From NCBI RefSeq assembly GCF_006345805.1, contig NC_043006.1, forward strand, positions 85,250,001 to 85,314,000: a stretch of DNA of 64,000 nucleotides, written 5' to 3'. Below, piece after piece: positions 37,729 to 49,802 of this stretch; the stretch's first letter is position 1; every line of letters starts with the position of its first letter. A program made the position numbers and the translations under genes. The notes under the pieces are model-generated. The model did no database searches. It worked only from the letters and a program-made list of their open reading frames with translations, and was not told the origin of the DNA. The stretch is from Octopus sinensis (taxonomy: Eukaryota).

Positions 37729-38854
37729 AACCCCTTTTGTTACCATATTTTTGTTGAAATACACTGCTTTTGGTTCAGTTAATTTTGAAAATAAGGAATT
37801 TAGTAAGATAACTTTGCCATTATTAAGCTAGTATTTAGAATATAAATTAACTTGAATTTTCAAGGAAGGTTTTAATTAAGATCATTTTAAAAGGGACTTT
37901 GCCTCATAGAACTGGGGACATTTTCAGGCTGGTTGACCATAAAAGAGTTAAATATGTATAAGGGAAAATATTCTAAATTATTTTCTAAAGTGATCTAAAC
38001 AAAATGTTAATTTAATTATTGACTAATAGATAAAATATATGCCCATAAAATATGATCAGAAGGCATTCAGCTCTGGTTATCATGACTTTGAAGAAGATTT
38101 GGTTGTTGTGTCCAGCAAGACAGGTGACCACATTGAAGCACATTAATTGGCTCAACTACGACTAATTTGATGGACTTGGTGCTATGAGTATTGGTAGAAT
38201 GGTTTATAACAACAACAAGAGCAATTATTCCACCTATGATGGTGATTTTGCAGAAGGGCAACTCTAAAGTGACACATCCACATCAACTGACAGAAAGATA
38301 GCAGGTTTTAATGGTGCAGTGTGATATTCTGCATATGTTGTATATGCTCCACTGTGCAGTCCATATCTCCGAGACTGATACATTTTGGTGGTAGCCACAG
38401 CAGAAGTGGGTTTTAATATTGATGAATGGAGATGCATACCAAACCTGACATTCGAGATATAGTTCTATTTTTGGTTGCTCTGCACCTGAAAGAAACAAAG
38501 CGAAATGTTTCAATACTACTTTAATTCTTGTTAGCATATTTCTATTGAAATATTTGTTTCCATTAATTTCTAAAATATTGAAGAATTTAGTAAAATATCT
38601 TTGTTATTATTTAGCTGAAGTTCGAAACAAATTAAGATGGAATTTTTAATGGAAAGTTTTAATTTCAATCACTTTAAAATGATAAATTTGAATCTTAGAA
38701 GTAGAGGTGGTCTTGGATGGATTGGTTATCAAAAAGGTAAAATTACATTCCTGCCTACTTAAACACTATTGTGACTTGCTACTCAGTATCTGTTGGAGAG
38801 CCTCATCAAACCTTAAACAGTGGCTTGCCCTCTTCTTAAACACATCTGAGTGGT

Positions 38855-39180
38855 AATCATCATTTAACATCTGTTTTCTATGCTGGCATGGGTTTGGGTT
38901 TGGCAGTTTGACAGAAGCTGGCCAACCTGAGAGCTGTCCAGGCTCCAATTGTTAATTTTGGCACGGGTTTGACAGAAACTGGCCAATCTGAGAGTTGCCC
39001 AGACTCCAATTGTCAGTTTTGGCATGGGTTTCACAGTTTGACAGAAGCTGGCCAACATGAGAGCTGTCCAGGCTCCAATTGTCAGTTTCGGCATGGTTTC
39101 TATGGTTCGATGCCCTTCTTAATACCAACCACTCTACAGAGTGTGCTGGGTGCTTTCTACATGCTACCTGCACAGGTACC
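38855..39180 (-). mobile_element. RTE-tail element (family D) with three internal ~60-bp tandem repeats
   Basis: tttgacagaa(g/a)ctggccaa..tgagag.tg.ccag.ctccaattg occurs three times in 38905-39085. Confidence 0.8.
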
Positions 39181-40763
39181 CCTTATGTGTTACTGGCATA
39201 AGTGCAGAAGGAATTTTGCTCCATCTCACACAGCAGTTTCAATTGAACTTTGTGTTCTTAAATATCTATAAAGCTCAAAATAGTTTACTCTAAACTTGAT
39301 TGTTTCTTCCTTTCAAATACCTTCAATAATTAACCAAAAAATGTTGTGCTAATCAACATCTGTTATTTTTAGAAATATCCTAATTAACAACTAAATAATG
39401 ATTTTGTATGTTCAATCCTTAACATACAAGCAATATACAAAACAGTACTAACGAGGTGCAACCACTTTATTTGCTTGATTTTGCAGCTAATTTTTTTTAA
39501 TCTCCTTATAGTTTCTAGAGATCATGTGATGTCTATGTACACTCCCAATGTTGCCACCTGTTGATAATCACCCCTCACTTTTACAAAAAATGATTTAGAT
39601 ATTTAAATGTTTTTTGTTTGTTTTTCTATAAATGTCCATTTGCACTTTTTTTTTTTGTACTGATTTTCACTTAAATTAAATTCAATAAATGTTGTGTGAC
39701 TAATTACTAACATTAACCTTTTTTTATATATATATATATATTATATTCAAATCTTTTATTGTAATTCATTTATATTGGGTGTGGTAAACAAATGAAACAG
39801 AAGTTCCTTATTCACTGATATTTCGGTCAATACTTTGGGTCATTCTTACCAGTTTTGTGACTGCAAAGATATCAATTTCTTATTAATTAGACAGCTTCAT
39901 CAGTTAAATCATTTTCCCAATGTGAAGACAATTATCAATATCTAGAACACCATTCCAGTTCCCTGTTTCAGTCATGCCTTAATATTTATTACTCAAATAA
40001 TCTCTTCAGCTTTGATTTCTGCTAGTTTTGATGTATATAGGTTCCTTTCTTAATGTACGAAGACAAAAATAAGATTAATAATCAATGATTACTAATTACA
40101 AAAAAGAAAAAATAGTTGTTCTTCAAGTAATATGACTAACAGATTCAATACTTGTTGAAATATCAATTTGATAATCTCTGAACTATGATAGATACAAATA
40201 TATAATCATTCAACAAAATACAACCAGTTTCTTCTCAACCCTTTAGCATTTAAGCCATAATATTCCATATGTATTATGTTAAAACTGACCAGATCCAACC
40301 TCTTACGCCTGTTCTACAATGTCATTCTAAAAATATACAAACTCATCATTGAAATCTTCAAGGTACAAAATAATGCATGACTAATTCAAAACAATGGGAA
40401 TAAACAAGCATTATGTTTGACAAAGAATTCTGAATGCTAAAGTGATGTAAGCTAACTTTATACCCCAATATCTAAAAGGAAACCATCTTAAAGGACCTGT
40501 TAAGAATATAATTTATAATCTTTGTATTCGTTATTTATTAAAAAGGTAGTGAGCTGGTGCAATCATTAGTGCATTGAAAAAAATTGCTTGGCAGCATTTC
40601 TTCTGGTGCTTTATGTTCTAAGTTCAAACTCTGCCAAAGTCAACTTTACCTTTCATCCTTCTGAGGTTAATAAAATGAAGTACCAGTCAAGTATTGAAGT
40701 CATTTTAATCAACTTGTCCCCCTCCTCTCAAAATTGCTTAGAAAGAATTAGTTATTAGAAGTA

Positions 40764-41292
40764 CAGGGTGGACCAAAATGATCTGACCCATTTGGAGGCT
40801 TAATAAAAGCACAAAATAAGAAATAATGAAAAGAAAAATTTTATTTTCTGAATGTACATATAATGCCATTTTATTTCATTAAGTTTTAAAAATTAAATCA
40901 GCTAAATGCTTCCCATCATTGTTAACACACTGTTGGAGACGTTCATGAAAGTTATCGATAACTCTATGGATCATTTCTTTTGGAATGGTAAAATGCGATT
41001 TCTTCTTGTGGGGATATATAAAATCAAAAGTATTCAGTCATCGCCCTTGATCTATTGATGAATTTGTGTAGAAATAGCAACCATTCCAGAAGAAATAATC
41101 CATAGAGTTATTGATAGCTTTCATGAATGTCTCCAACAGTGTGTTGACAATGATGGAAGCATTTAGCTGATCTAACTTTTAAAACTTAATGAAATAAAAT
41201 GGCATTATATGTACATTCAGAAAATAAAATTTTTCTTTTCATTATTTCTTATTTTGTGCTTTTAATGTGTCAAATCATTTTGGTCCACCCTT
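40764..41292. mobile_element. Foldback Tc1/mariner-derived MITE with ~220-bp inverted arms
   Basis: TA TSD 40762-63 and 41293-94; termini CAGGGTGGACCAAAATGAT / ATCATTTTGGTCCACCCT(t). Arms 40764-40989 and 41080-41292. The spacer encodes CDFFLWGYIKSKVF. Confidence 0.9.
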
Positions 41293-42116
41293 TATTATCG
41301 TTAACTTACAAGCTTCAGTCATGGTTGTTAGCTCGTCAGTGAAGTGGCAAATAAAGCAGACAATTAAAGCTTTCATCGTTATTACTGTACAAGAAGATTG
41401 AAGAAACAGGGTATTACAAACATCCTAAATATCCTATTGATTGGCTATTCTCTTGAAGGCGAGAAGATATTTCACATTTCAGCCCCTAGCAAGTTATTGG
41501 TGCTTTAAAAAGCTCAGGTAACGCTGACAATAGAACAGATCACCATCCTAAAGTGCTCCCTCAGAACACCAAGGCTATTCTCTGCAAATAGAAACAAATC
41601 TCGGGAATACTAAGAAGTCTGGACAACCTAATTTCAACAAATTACTAATTATCAGAATTGACCATTATCTTGGATTCTTCAAACCTGATCAAATATTTTT
41701 ATCAACCCTAATATTTTAAAATTATCATTAATTAAGCATTTAACTTCAAACTATTTTGCATTGGTATCTAATTAGTTGGTTAATAATTAACATAACTGTG
41801 TTTATTAATGCTTATTGTGTAGAATTTTTTTTTGAAAAAAATTAACTTACTAATATTATGGTCATGGTTCTGTTGTAAGCTTTCAATATTTCTCAATATA
41901 TTTATTTCAATCTTATTGTATATCTCCTCTACATAATTTGATCTCTGTTTCCTAACAATTTGTTCTCTCTTTGACCTTTTACAGCTGAAGAATTAATTTT
42001 TTTATGTTAGATTGTTGGATTTTTTTTTTTTTTTTTTTTTGTTCTCCCCCATAATGAAAATATTGCCTAATATTCTTAATCTGATTTCTGATACATTTCA
42101 CTTTCTCTTGTTGTAG

Positions 42117-43018
42117 GTTTACCTGTATCAAAACCACCAGCTTCTGGTTCCTCACGTCGTACAAGCGGTTCTAAGCCCCCGCCTCCAGTGAGAAGATCAT
42201 CATCTGTGTCTACTGGTTCTGTAGGACTACCTCCTGTCCTTCACAAGCTGCGTTCATCTCCATCGAAGCAAGGTCTGCCAGCATCAGGTCCACAAGCACA
42301 GCAACAGCAGCCTGCGCCTCAGCAAATGGCACCACCTCAACAATCCCCTATTTCTCATCAGACGTTACTGAGACATCCCAAACCACCAATTCCTACTCAA
42401 CAACAGCCTCCCCCGTTATCTCCAGCATCACCTAAATCTGTGAAATTGTCTCAGCCAGACCATTCTATGCAACATTCTCCTGGAACAAAGCACAGAAGAC
42501 ACTTGAGTGGCACTGACAGCCCTCCAAATCCTATGATATTGAGAGATGGTGACAGTGGGATCATCACAGGAGGTCTTGGCATACATCTATCCTCGGCACG
42601 GACAAGTAATAATAAAGTAGTTGTTGAGTATGCTGTTCCAGAAGTCTCCAAGCCCCTGAAAGCACCCATCACAGCAACCAAATCGGCAGCTTCAAGCTCG
42701 GTGTCAGCCACCCCCACAGCAGAAGGCTCCCCACATGCATCTGTACGAAGGTCTAGTGTTATAGATACTTACAGTTCTAACTACGCTGCTCTCAGGTCAG
42801 AGAGGCGTGGAGATAAACCCACGCAGAAGGAGGACGGGGGTGGAGGAGAAGACGACGTTGATCGTGGTTTCCCTCTTCCCCCGCCTCCGACAGAGGAGGA
42901 GTTGGCTGCCATGGGGGTCCTTCCACATCCTTGCAATGCCCCTATGACTTCGGTTCTCTCCGAGATGAAATCTGCACAAAGGTTGCGAAGGTTATCTACA
43001 GATAGTTCAGAATGCTGA
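42117..43018 (+). CDS. MTSS1: MTSS1/MIM-like terminal coding exon D: Pro/Ser/Gln-rich region, LPPPPTEEEL motif, C-terminal WH2-like motif; stop TGA 43016-43018
   Basis: Acceptor ctttctcttgttgtAG (42115-16), phase 1 continuing STAG|LP as in MTSS1 (STAGLP...RRTPSTKPSVRR ~ STAGLP...RRTSGSKPPPPVRR). 902-nt GC-elevated open frame. C-terminus SVLSEMKSAQRLRRLST resembles WH2 (helix plus LKK-type motif). Confidence 0.93.
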
Positions 43019-46000
43019 AAGACAAAAAATAATTGAAAGAAAAAATACATAAATATATATATATATATATTAAAAAAGGGGGGGAAGCAGAAGTTTAACA
43101 AAAAAAAAACAAACAATAATATTGATAATTCTCAGCTCTGTTCCATGTTTTTTTTAAATGTTTTTTTTTTTCTGAGATACTTTTTTATTTTTTCAAGCTA
43201 TATACAGATATAAGCACTTATACATGTGCATGTTTGTGTATATTTTTCCATAGGATTTTGGACAAAGTAAGGATTGTTTGACTTGATTCTATAATTGTTT
43301 AAATTCTTTTCTCCTTCCCTGTTTTTTTTTTTTTCCTTGCACCCGAAAAAAATTAACAAACAAAAAAAAAACAAAGAATTCCGACCAGGTTGTATTTTAC
43401 AAAGTTATATTAGCTGGTCTCCGTATGGTTTTGAGGTTGAGTTTTAACTGTTCCTCCTACCTAAAGTAAATTGACTTGTTAAAATTTATTTCATTTCTTC
43501 AAGACAGCAGTTTTACAACTGATATATCGCGAAATTGGTTTGTTTGTCTCTTTTGCATTTAAATTACAATGTTTTTTTTTCTTCTAGGGAAAAAAAAAAT
43601 CAAAGAACTTCTGCAGAAGCTTTGTCTACTGGTTCCTGGTTCTTAATGTCTGTTACTCTAGCAAATATTTTTCTGAATCTTGTAAGTTTCTTTTAGGCAG
43701 AGATAGATAGATAGATGGTTGTCTGAATTTTGCTCTTCAAAGACCACAGAAAGTGGATGTTTTTTCTCGTGGAATCTATCCTAAAAATTCTGTGGGCTTT
43801 AGCAAAAGCAATTTTTCTTTTAAATAGAGAATGTTTCCTGTCTGTCCGTCTGCCTGACTTTCAAAGTTAAAAATACAAATAAATAAACAAATATAAAATA
43901 AACTAAATCCTTATTCCACATCTACTTTTTTTCCAAATGTGGGCCTTAATATTTGAAATACTGTTTAGTGAAACCTTGGGCTATTATCTGTCCGTTAGAT
44001 GCTATAAGACACAATTCTGACTTCTGCTAAAATTTCAAGGATTAAAACAAAAAAAAATTTGCTAAATGAAAATAAAAATAATTTTACCCCCAAAAACAAA
44101 AAACAAAACAAAAAAAAATTGTTGAAAAAAAAATTTTAAATTTAAATAAATATTGACAAAAGACACCTTTTTCTTGCAGTGTTAACTGGGTGATTGTTTA
44201 ATTCTATTCAGTAAGCTAGCATGCCAAGACTAGAACTTAAAATAACATTTTCCCCCCAATGAAAAAAAAAAAGGGACTGATACAAACATATTTTTAATAA
44301 GATTTAAGATTATCTTTGCAAATTCCTTGGCTTTAACTAAAAAACCAAAATATAGAGAAAAAAACAAGAGAAATAACTAGAAATAATATAGTTAGTCCTG
44401 TTTGTATGTCTGAACTATTATTTACAGATATATATATAAGTAGGATACATCTATCTGGGTCTACAGTATGTGTTTGGATTTAATTATATATATATACCAT
44501 TAGACATTACCAGTAAAAAGGGTTCAGTTATGTTTGGGCTAAAGAACATGTCAATTGACACATCTACATAACTTTATCTTCTGCTCCCGGCCCATCTTTA
44601 CTTCCCCCCACCCCCTATCCCTTGTAATCTATCAGTGCATTTTTTAAAGCCAGAAGTCTTCATTTTGTCTCTTCGAAAATCAACATTGTCTGAAATTTGT
44701 TTAGTTTTTTTTCTTCTTTTTCATTCTCTTTCCTCAAAGAAACAAACACAAAAAAAAACAATATTAGTTATTATTCTTAGACTTGTCCTTCCTGTCGTCA
44801 TTTCTTCTGATAACGATGATGATATTGATGATGATGACAACGATAATTTTTCCCCACCTCCTTTCTCTTACCCTGATATGCTTCATATTTTACAGGAAGT
44901 TTTAACAAATACTAAGGATCTGTGTTAGTTCTGCTCTCCCATTCATAATTTTCTTTAAAGGGGGAAAAAAAAATTTTAGAAATCTAGATATGGGTGTACA
45001 TTTATATATTCATATGTGATGTGTGAGTATGTGAATATATTCAGATATCTATAAATGTGAGCATATATATGTATATATAATATATATATATATGTGTGTA
45101 TATATATATATACATATATATTTATGTATGTATACTATATCAGTGTTACTCTTTAGCTGGGCAAGTATCATAGATGGTGTGCGATCTCATCTGTAATGTT
45201 GGAGTTTTTGGAATCTTTTAACTTCAAGTGGAATTTTAATTAAATAAGGCATCTTCGACTAATCTTCTCCACGTCCCATCCCCCGCCCCACCCCCACAAA
45301 GTGCAAGCCTTAATTTGTGATAAAACAGCAGGTACCTTACTAATTGGGCAGTGTCTTTTATTATTTTCTCTTCTTTCCCCTTTTTTCCACCAAACCCTGC
45401 TCCTACCTCCAGCCCCCCACCCCTTCTAGATACCTCATACCATTGATGTTCTTGTTTTCTTCCTCCTGTTGTTACTCCTCCTTCATTCTCCCCCCCCTAC
45501 AATCTCTTTGGATTTTAAAGATTTAAAAGCAATAAGCAAAAATATCCATACTGTCTTCTTTTACCTTTACCCCACCCCACTACATAAGCCCTTATTACCC
45601 TGTCCTCCTCCCTCTTTAAAAAAAATATATATATACTGTGTGGTCTGTCTTTTATTAATCCTCTTCAGATAATTTCCACCTACCCCCCACTACCACACCT
45701 CTCCCGCTCTCAAGTGTTACCGTTTCTCGTTTTCATTTAACACACATACACACACACCCCTTCTTCCCCATAGGATCTGTCCCCGTTGGATAGAGGAGAC
45801 TTGTAGAAAGTTACCTGTGCAGAAATGTACAAAATTATACTATATTACTGCTATAATATTACTGATGCTGTGCTGCTGTCGTATCCAGGAATGTCTTCTA
45901 CTGTTATTAAAAAAATTTTTGAAAAAAAAAAAACAGTTTATTCAATTTACAAGCAGTGTACAGTAAGTCTTCTGCATGGAAATCATTGAAGACTTAATTT

Positions 46001-49000
46001 AAATTTTAAAATGTTGAAAATATTTAGAGAAAGAAGAAAAAAAAAATTGACTGAATATGTCAACAGCAAAGATTTTTGATGGTATTGTTTCAAACCCACC
46101 CCCCGTTTCTCTTTTTTTTTTTTTTAATTGTCTCCCCCTGTTTCAAATTTTCGCTGAGGAATGCATGTGTCATGTATGGACTATATCACTGGAAGTTTGA
46201 AGATTTGTACTTTCTTCAATATCTTGATTCTTTGTTCCATATTCACTTACCGAACTTTGCAGAATGCACTTACGGCTCCATGATGAAATTGTTATCAAGA
46301 TCAGTCTTGTTTACGAAATAAGCTGTTACAAAATACAAAGACTTTTTTTTTTTATTTATTATTATTGCAATGTATTATCTATAACTGAAGCTTGTTTAAG
46401 CTGGCTCTTGTCATGTACAAATAATTTCACTGTTCCCAACAGATATGTTCCAACTACATTGTGATTTTTTTCTCTCTCCAATATTTTACATTTCTGATTT
46501 TCCTAATTCCAAATTGATATTAACATTTTTTTTTTTTTCAAATATATAGATATATATATATGGAAAATTACATAAACTAGAAATTCAGTACAGATGAGTA
46601 CTTGTTTTGGGTTTTTTGATCATTTTATTGTTAAATAACAATTTTTTTTTTTTAATATATAAATTTTATCCAATGATTGAAATGTATTTATGTAACAGTT
46701 GTGGAGGAGGTATTTAGAAGCCTTTTATTATGCAAATAACCTTAGAAACTGTTCTTTGCATTTGAATCATGTTACATGAATCTTACCATACTATATTAAA
46801 AACAAACTTTTGGAAGTTGAATTCTGGAGAACATTTGAAATATTTCAGTTTATAGATTACAGAAGGAGTTTTTATTTTCTGAAGTTCTCCATAAAACAGT
46901 GAAGGACAAATATATTTGGGCAACATCAAAATAACATTTGGTTATTCATAGCGAATTAGAATCGGTTGTTGGTGGGATTCAGGGAATGTAGTGGCAGCAG
47001 TTTTTTTGTTTTGTTTTGTCTTTACAAAATGTTAAGTAATTAATAATTCATCTGTTAAGCATGTTGTTATGTTGTTATTAAGGTGGCAAGCCATCAGAAT
47101 CGTTAGTACATTGGAAAAAATGCTCAGTGGCATTTCTTCCAACTCTTTAGATTCTAAGTTCTAATACCACTAAAGTCACCTTGTACTGGGGTCAGTGTAA
47201 TCAACTTGCTCCCTTCCTTGTGCCAACATCTGAATTATTATTTATACATTGTATAAATTCTGGCTTCCGGAATTAATCCAATATCTGACAAAGTTTTCAT
47301 TACCCTTTAAGCTTTAGGCATTTACCACCACTCTTAGTCTGAAATAATGTATTCAACTATTTATATATATATTGTAGAACTATCCAACCCATGATATCAT
47401 TGGAAAGAATAGATAAACTGCTAAATATATTTTTTTAGACTTTCAGATTTTTGTAGCAGTATATTTATTGTCAGTCAAATTCAGTGGAGAGGGGTTAGGA
47501 CTTAAAAGGGGTACACAACATCAGATAAGATTCTAAACTTTCGATACCTAGTCTATTGGTGAGTTACTTTTAGATTATGTATGATTTCGCATTTCAGATA
47601 TTTCTGATGTAAAATACCCACACAAGTCACACTTGTTTGAAAAAAAAAGAAAAAAAAAGAAATTTAAAAAAAAAAAATTTTGTCAGTTTAAAATTACCTT
47701 TCTTTTATATAAAAAATAAGAGCTGTTGGAAATAGTGACTGAAATTTTATCAGTGAACGGAGCTTTGCTTGGAGAGTTTGTTTGTTATAAATAAATATAT
47801 ATAAAAGTTAAGGGCCTCTGAACAATTATTACATGAGTGGGAGAAGGGACAAACAACAAAAAAAAAATTAATAAAAAACCAAGTCTGTATGAATATCTGC
47901 CCAAAAGAGACCATATTGGTCAGGGTTGGCAGTTAATTAGTAATACAATAAAGTCTGAAAGAATTAAGTTTTACTGATTCGATTCCTTAAAGACTGGACT
48001 TGGTTTCCGTATTTCTTATCCTAGCCAAAAATATATTGCAAAAAATAAATAAAACAAAACAAATCTGAAACAATTTGAACATGGAACTTTATAAAAAGAA
48101 TGTACAGAATGAATTAAAAAAAAGGGGGAAAAAAAATAATCTGAATTGAGTTTTCAGATTTGCAAATGGAGTGAGGGGCATGTTTTTTTTTTTTTATCCT
48201 TTTCCATATTTCAGGGATGCCTCCGGGTGAGACTTGCTCTATTGTTAAAACAATAAGGATCTGTAAGAGAGAGAATAAACCTAGTACCAAGAAGCTACCC
48301 AGTGATAAAGATTTGTGGTGAAATTTTAAATTGTCTTTTAGTTTTATTTATTAAAAAAAAAATAGCTGTGTTTGATCACAAGAGAGAATAAATCTGCTTC
48401 ACTGATTTACAAAAGATGGGTCTATTTAAGTACATGCACCACAAAACTTTTTTTTTTTTACTTCCTACACCAATAGTTGTAGAAAAGAAACTAGTGAAAT
48501 TGAAATTAATTTCCTCAAGTTAAGTTAATCTTGGAAAAATGACAGAACAAAATGCATGGTTTTAGTTTCATTTTGTTGTCAACAACGGTGTTGTCCTTAC
48601 CAGCATGTATGTGAATGAGAAAAGACTACACATAAAATGGACAATTACATAGAATGGCTATGAAGAACAAGGCTTAAAATTTTAGTTAATTCTTACCATT
48701 ATTTTCCCAGTAATAAAAAAAATTCTTTCAAACTTGAATTTTTTTTTCCTTAGAAGCATACCCATAAATCTATGCAAAAGACGGCAGAACTTATCCTTTT
48801 TCTTTTTACAAAAATAAGGTTATTTAAATTAATAAATATGAATAGATATATAGAAAAGGAAAAATGATTGGCACTTTTCATCTTACTAGTACAAAAGATT
48901 TACCTTTTTTTTTTTTAAATCAATGGTTAATTAAAAAAATTAAATTGAACAATTTCATCACTTTTCTTTATATTAAGAAGCAAAAAAAGTTATGTTTCAA

Positions 49001-49480
49001 TGCTCAAGTCAGTATAACTTCATTTCTTTCAGATTTTTTAGATATATGTATAAGTCTTGTCTTGTATACAAGACTTTTAAAGCTTAAGTTTTCCAATATT
49101 TGAATCTTAAATAGATTTGGCACTAAACTAAACAATATAATTGTAAATGTAATATTTAAATTTTAAAAATATCATTCACATTTCAGGGAAAATTGTTATA
49201 CAAGTATAACAACCTCCTCCAACATACACACACACACACAGACACGTAAATTAAACCTTAGATCAGTATAAGTCACCTTCTCTCTCTTAACTATATTATA
49301 AACAAAAACTAAAAAATATATATACATATATTCAATGTGAATCAGTGTCCTCTTGTGGCCATCAGCTATTCTATGACTAAGTAGTGAATATTGATTCATA
49401 TATAATTTACCGTTTTTCAATTGCAATTTGTTAAATTGTTTGTTACATCATGTAAATAAATATTTTTAACCTTTCACCAA
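43019..49480 (+). other. MTSS1: Putative long 3' UTR of the MTSS1-like gene
   Basis: Follows the stop codon. About 6.4 kb of A/U-tract-rich unique sequence with only one decayed SINE (about 47085-47230), versus roughly one mobile element per kb in the introns. Many AATAAA hexamers. The end point is inferred. Confidence 0.5.
49451..49460 (+). promoter_or_regulatory. Candidate distal poly(A) signal of MTSS1-like gene (TGTA + AATAAA 49455-49460)
   Basis: TGTAAATAAA: a UGUA element abutting AATAAA. It is the last plus-strand AATAAA noticed before the TMEM67 3' end. Confidence 0.35.
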
Positions 49481-49670
49481 CCACATATAGAATGCTTATT
49501 CAGTTTAAGTTCAGAGAATCTTGCAACACAATCCTGTCCATCTTTCTCTTTGTTTGAAATGTTTGTTTGTTTGTTTTCTTTTCTTAAATATCACAAGAGC
49601 AATTGTGGCCTGTTAAAATTTTTCAGTTCAAACCAAAACATTATAAGAAGCTCCCTGTCTAAAAAAATTT

Positions 49671-49676
49671 TTTAAT
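49671..49676 (-). promoter_or_regulatory. Candidate poly(A) signal of TMEM67 (ATTAAA on minus strand)
   Basis: Plus-strand tttaat about 130 nt downstream of the TMEM67 stop; a common variant hexamer. Confidence 0.3.
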
Positions 49677-49802
49677 TTCCATTCATGAGGAGCAAGGACT
49701 AGATTGGGAGACTGAACTGGTCCCTGATACAACCACCACAGACTTGTTTTGAGTTTGAACAAGGCACCCTCCTTGAAAGTGGCTGTGAATAGTCTTCAAA
49801 AT

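Noticed and set aside
42451-43116. Minus-strand ORFs overlapping exon D
   Set aside because: Antisense shadows of a GC-rich coding exon.
44635-44928. 97-aa ORF with an Asp-rich stretch after the MTSS1 stop
   Set aside because: The (GAT)n microsatellite and U-rich sequence explain the composition; no splice or homology support.
45184-45410. Single miRNA seed-like matches in the putative 3' UTR (GATCTCA, TGTGATA, CTACCTC)
   Set aside because: 7-mers are expected by chance in 6 kb, and conservation cannot be assessed here.
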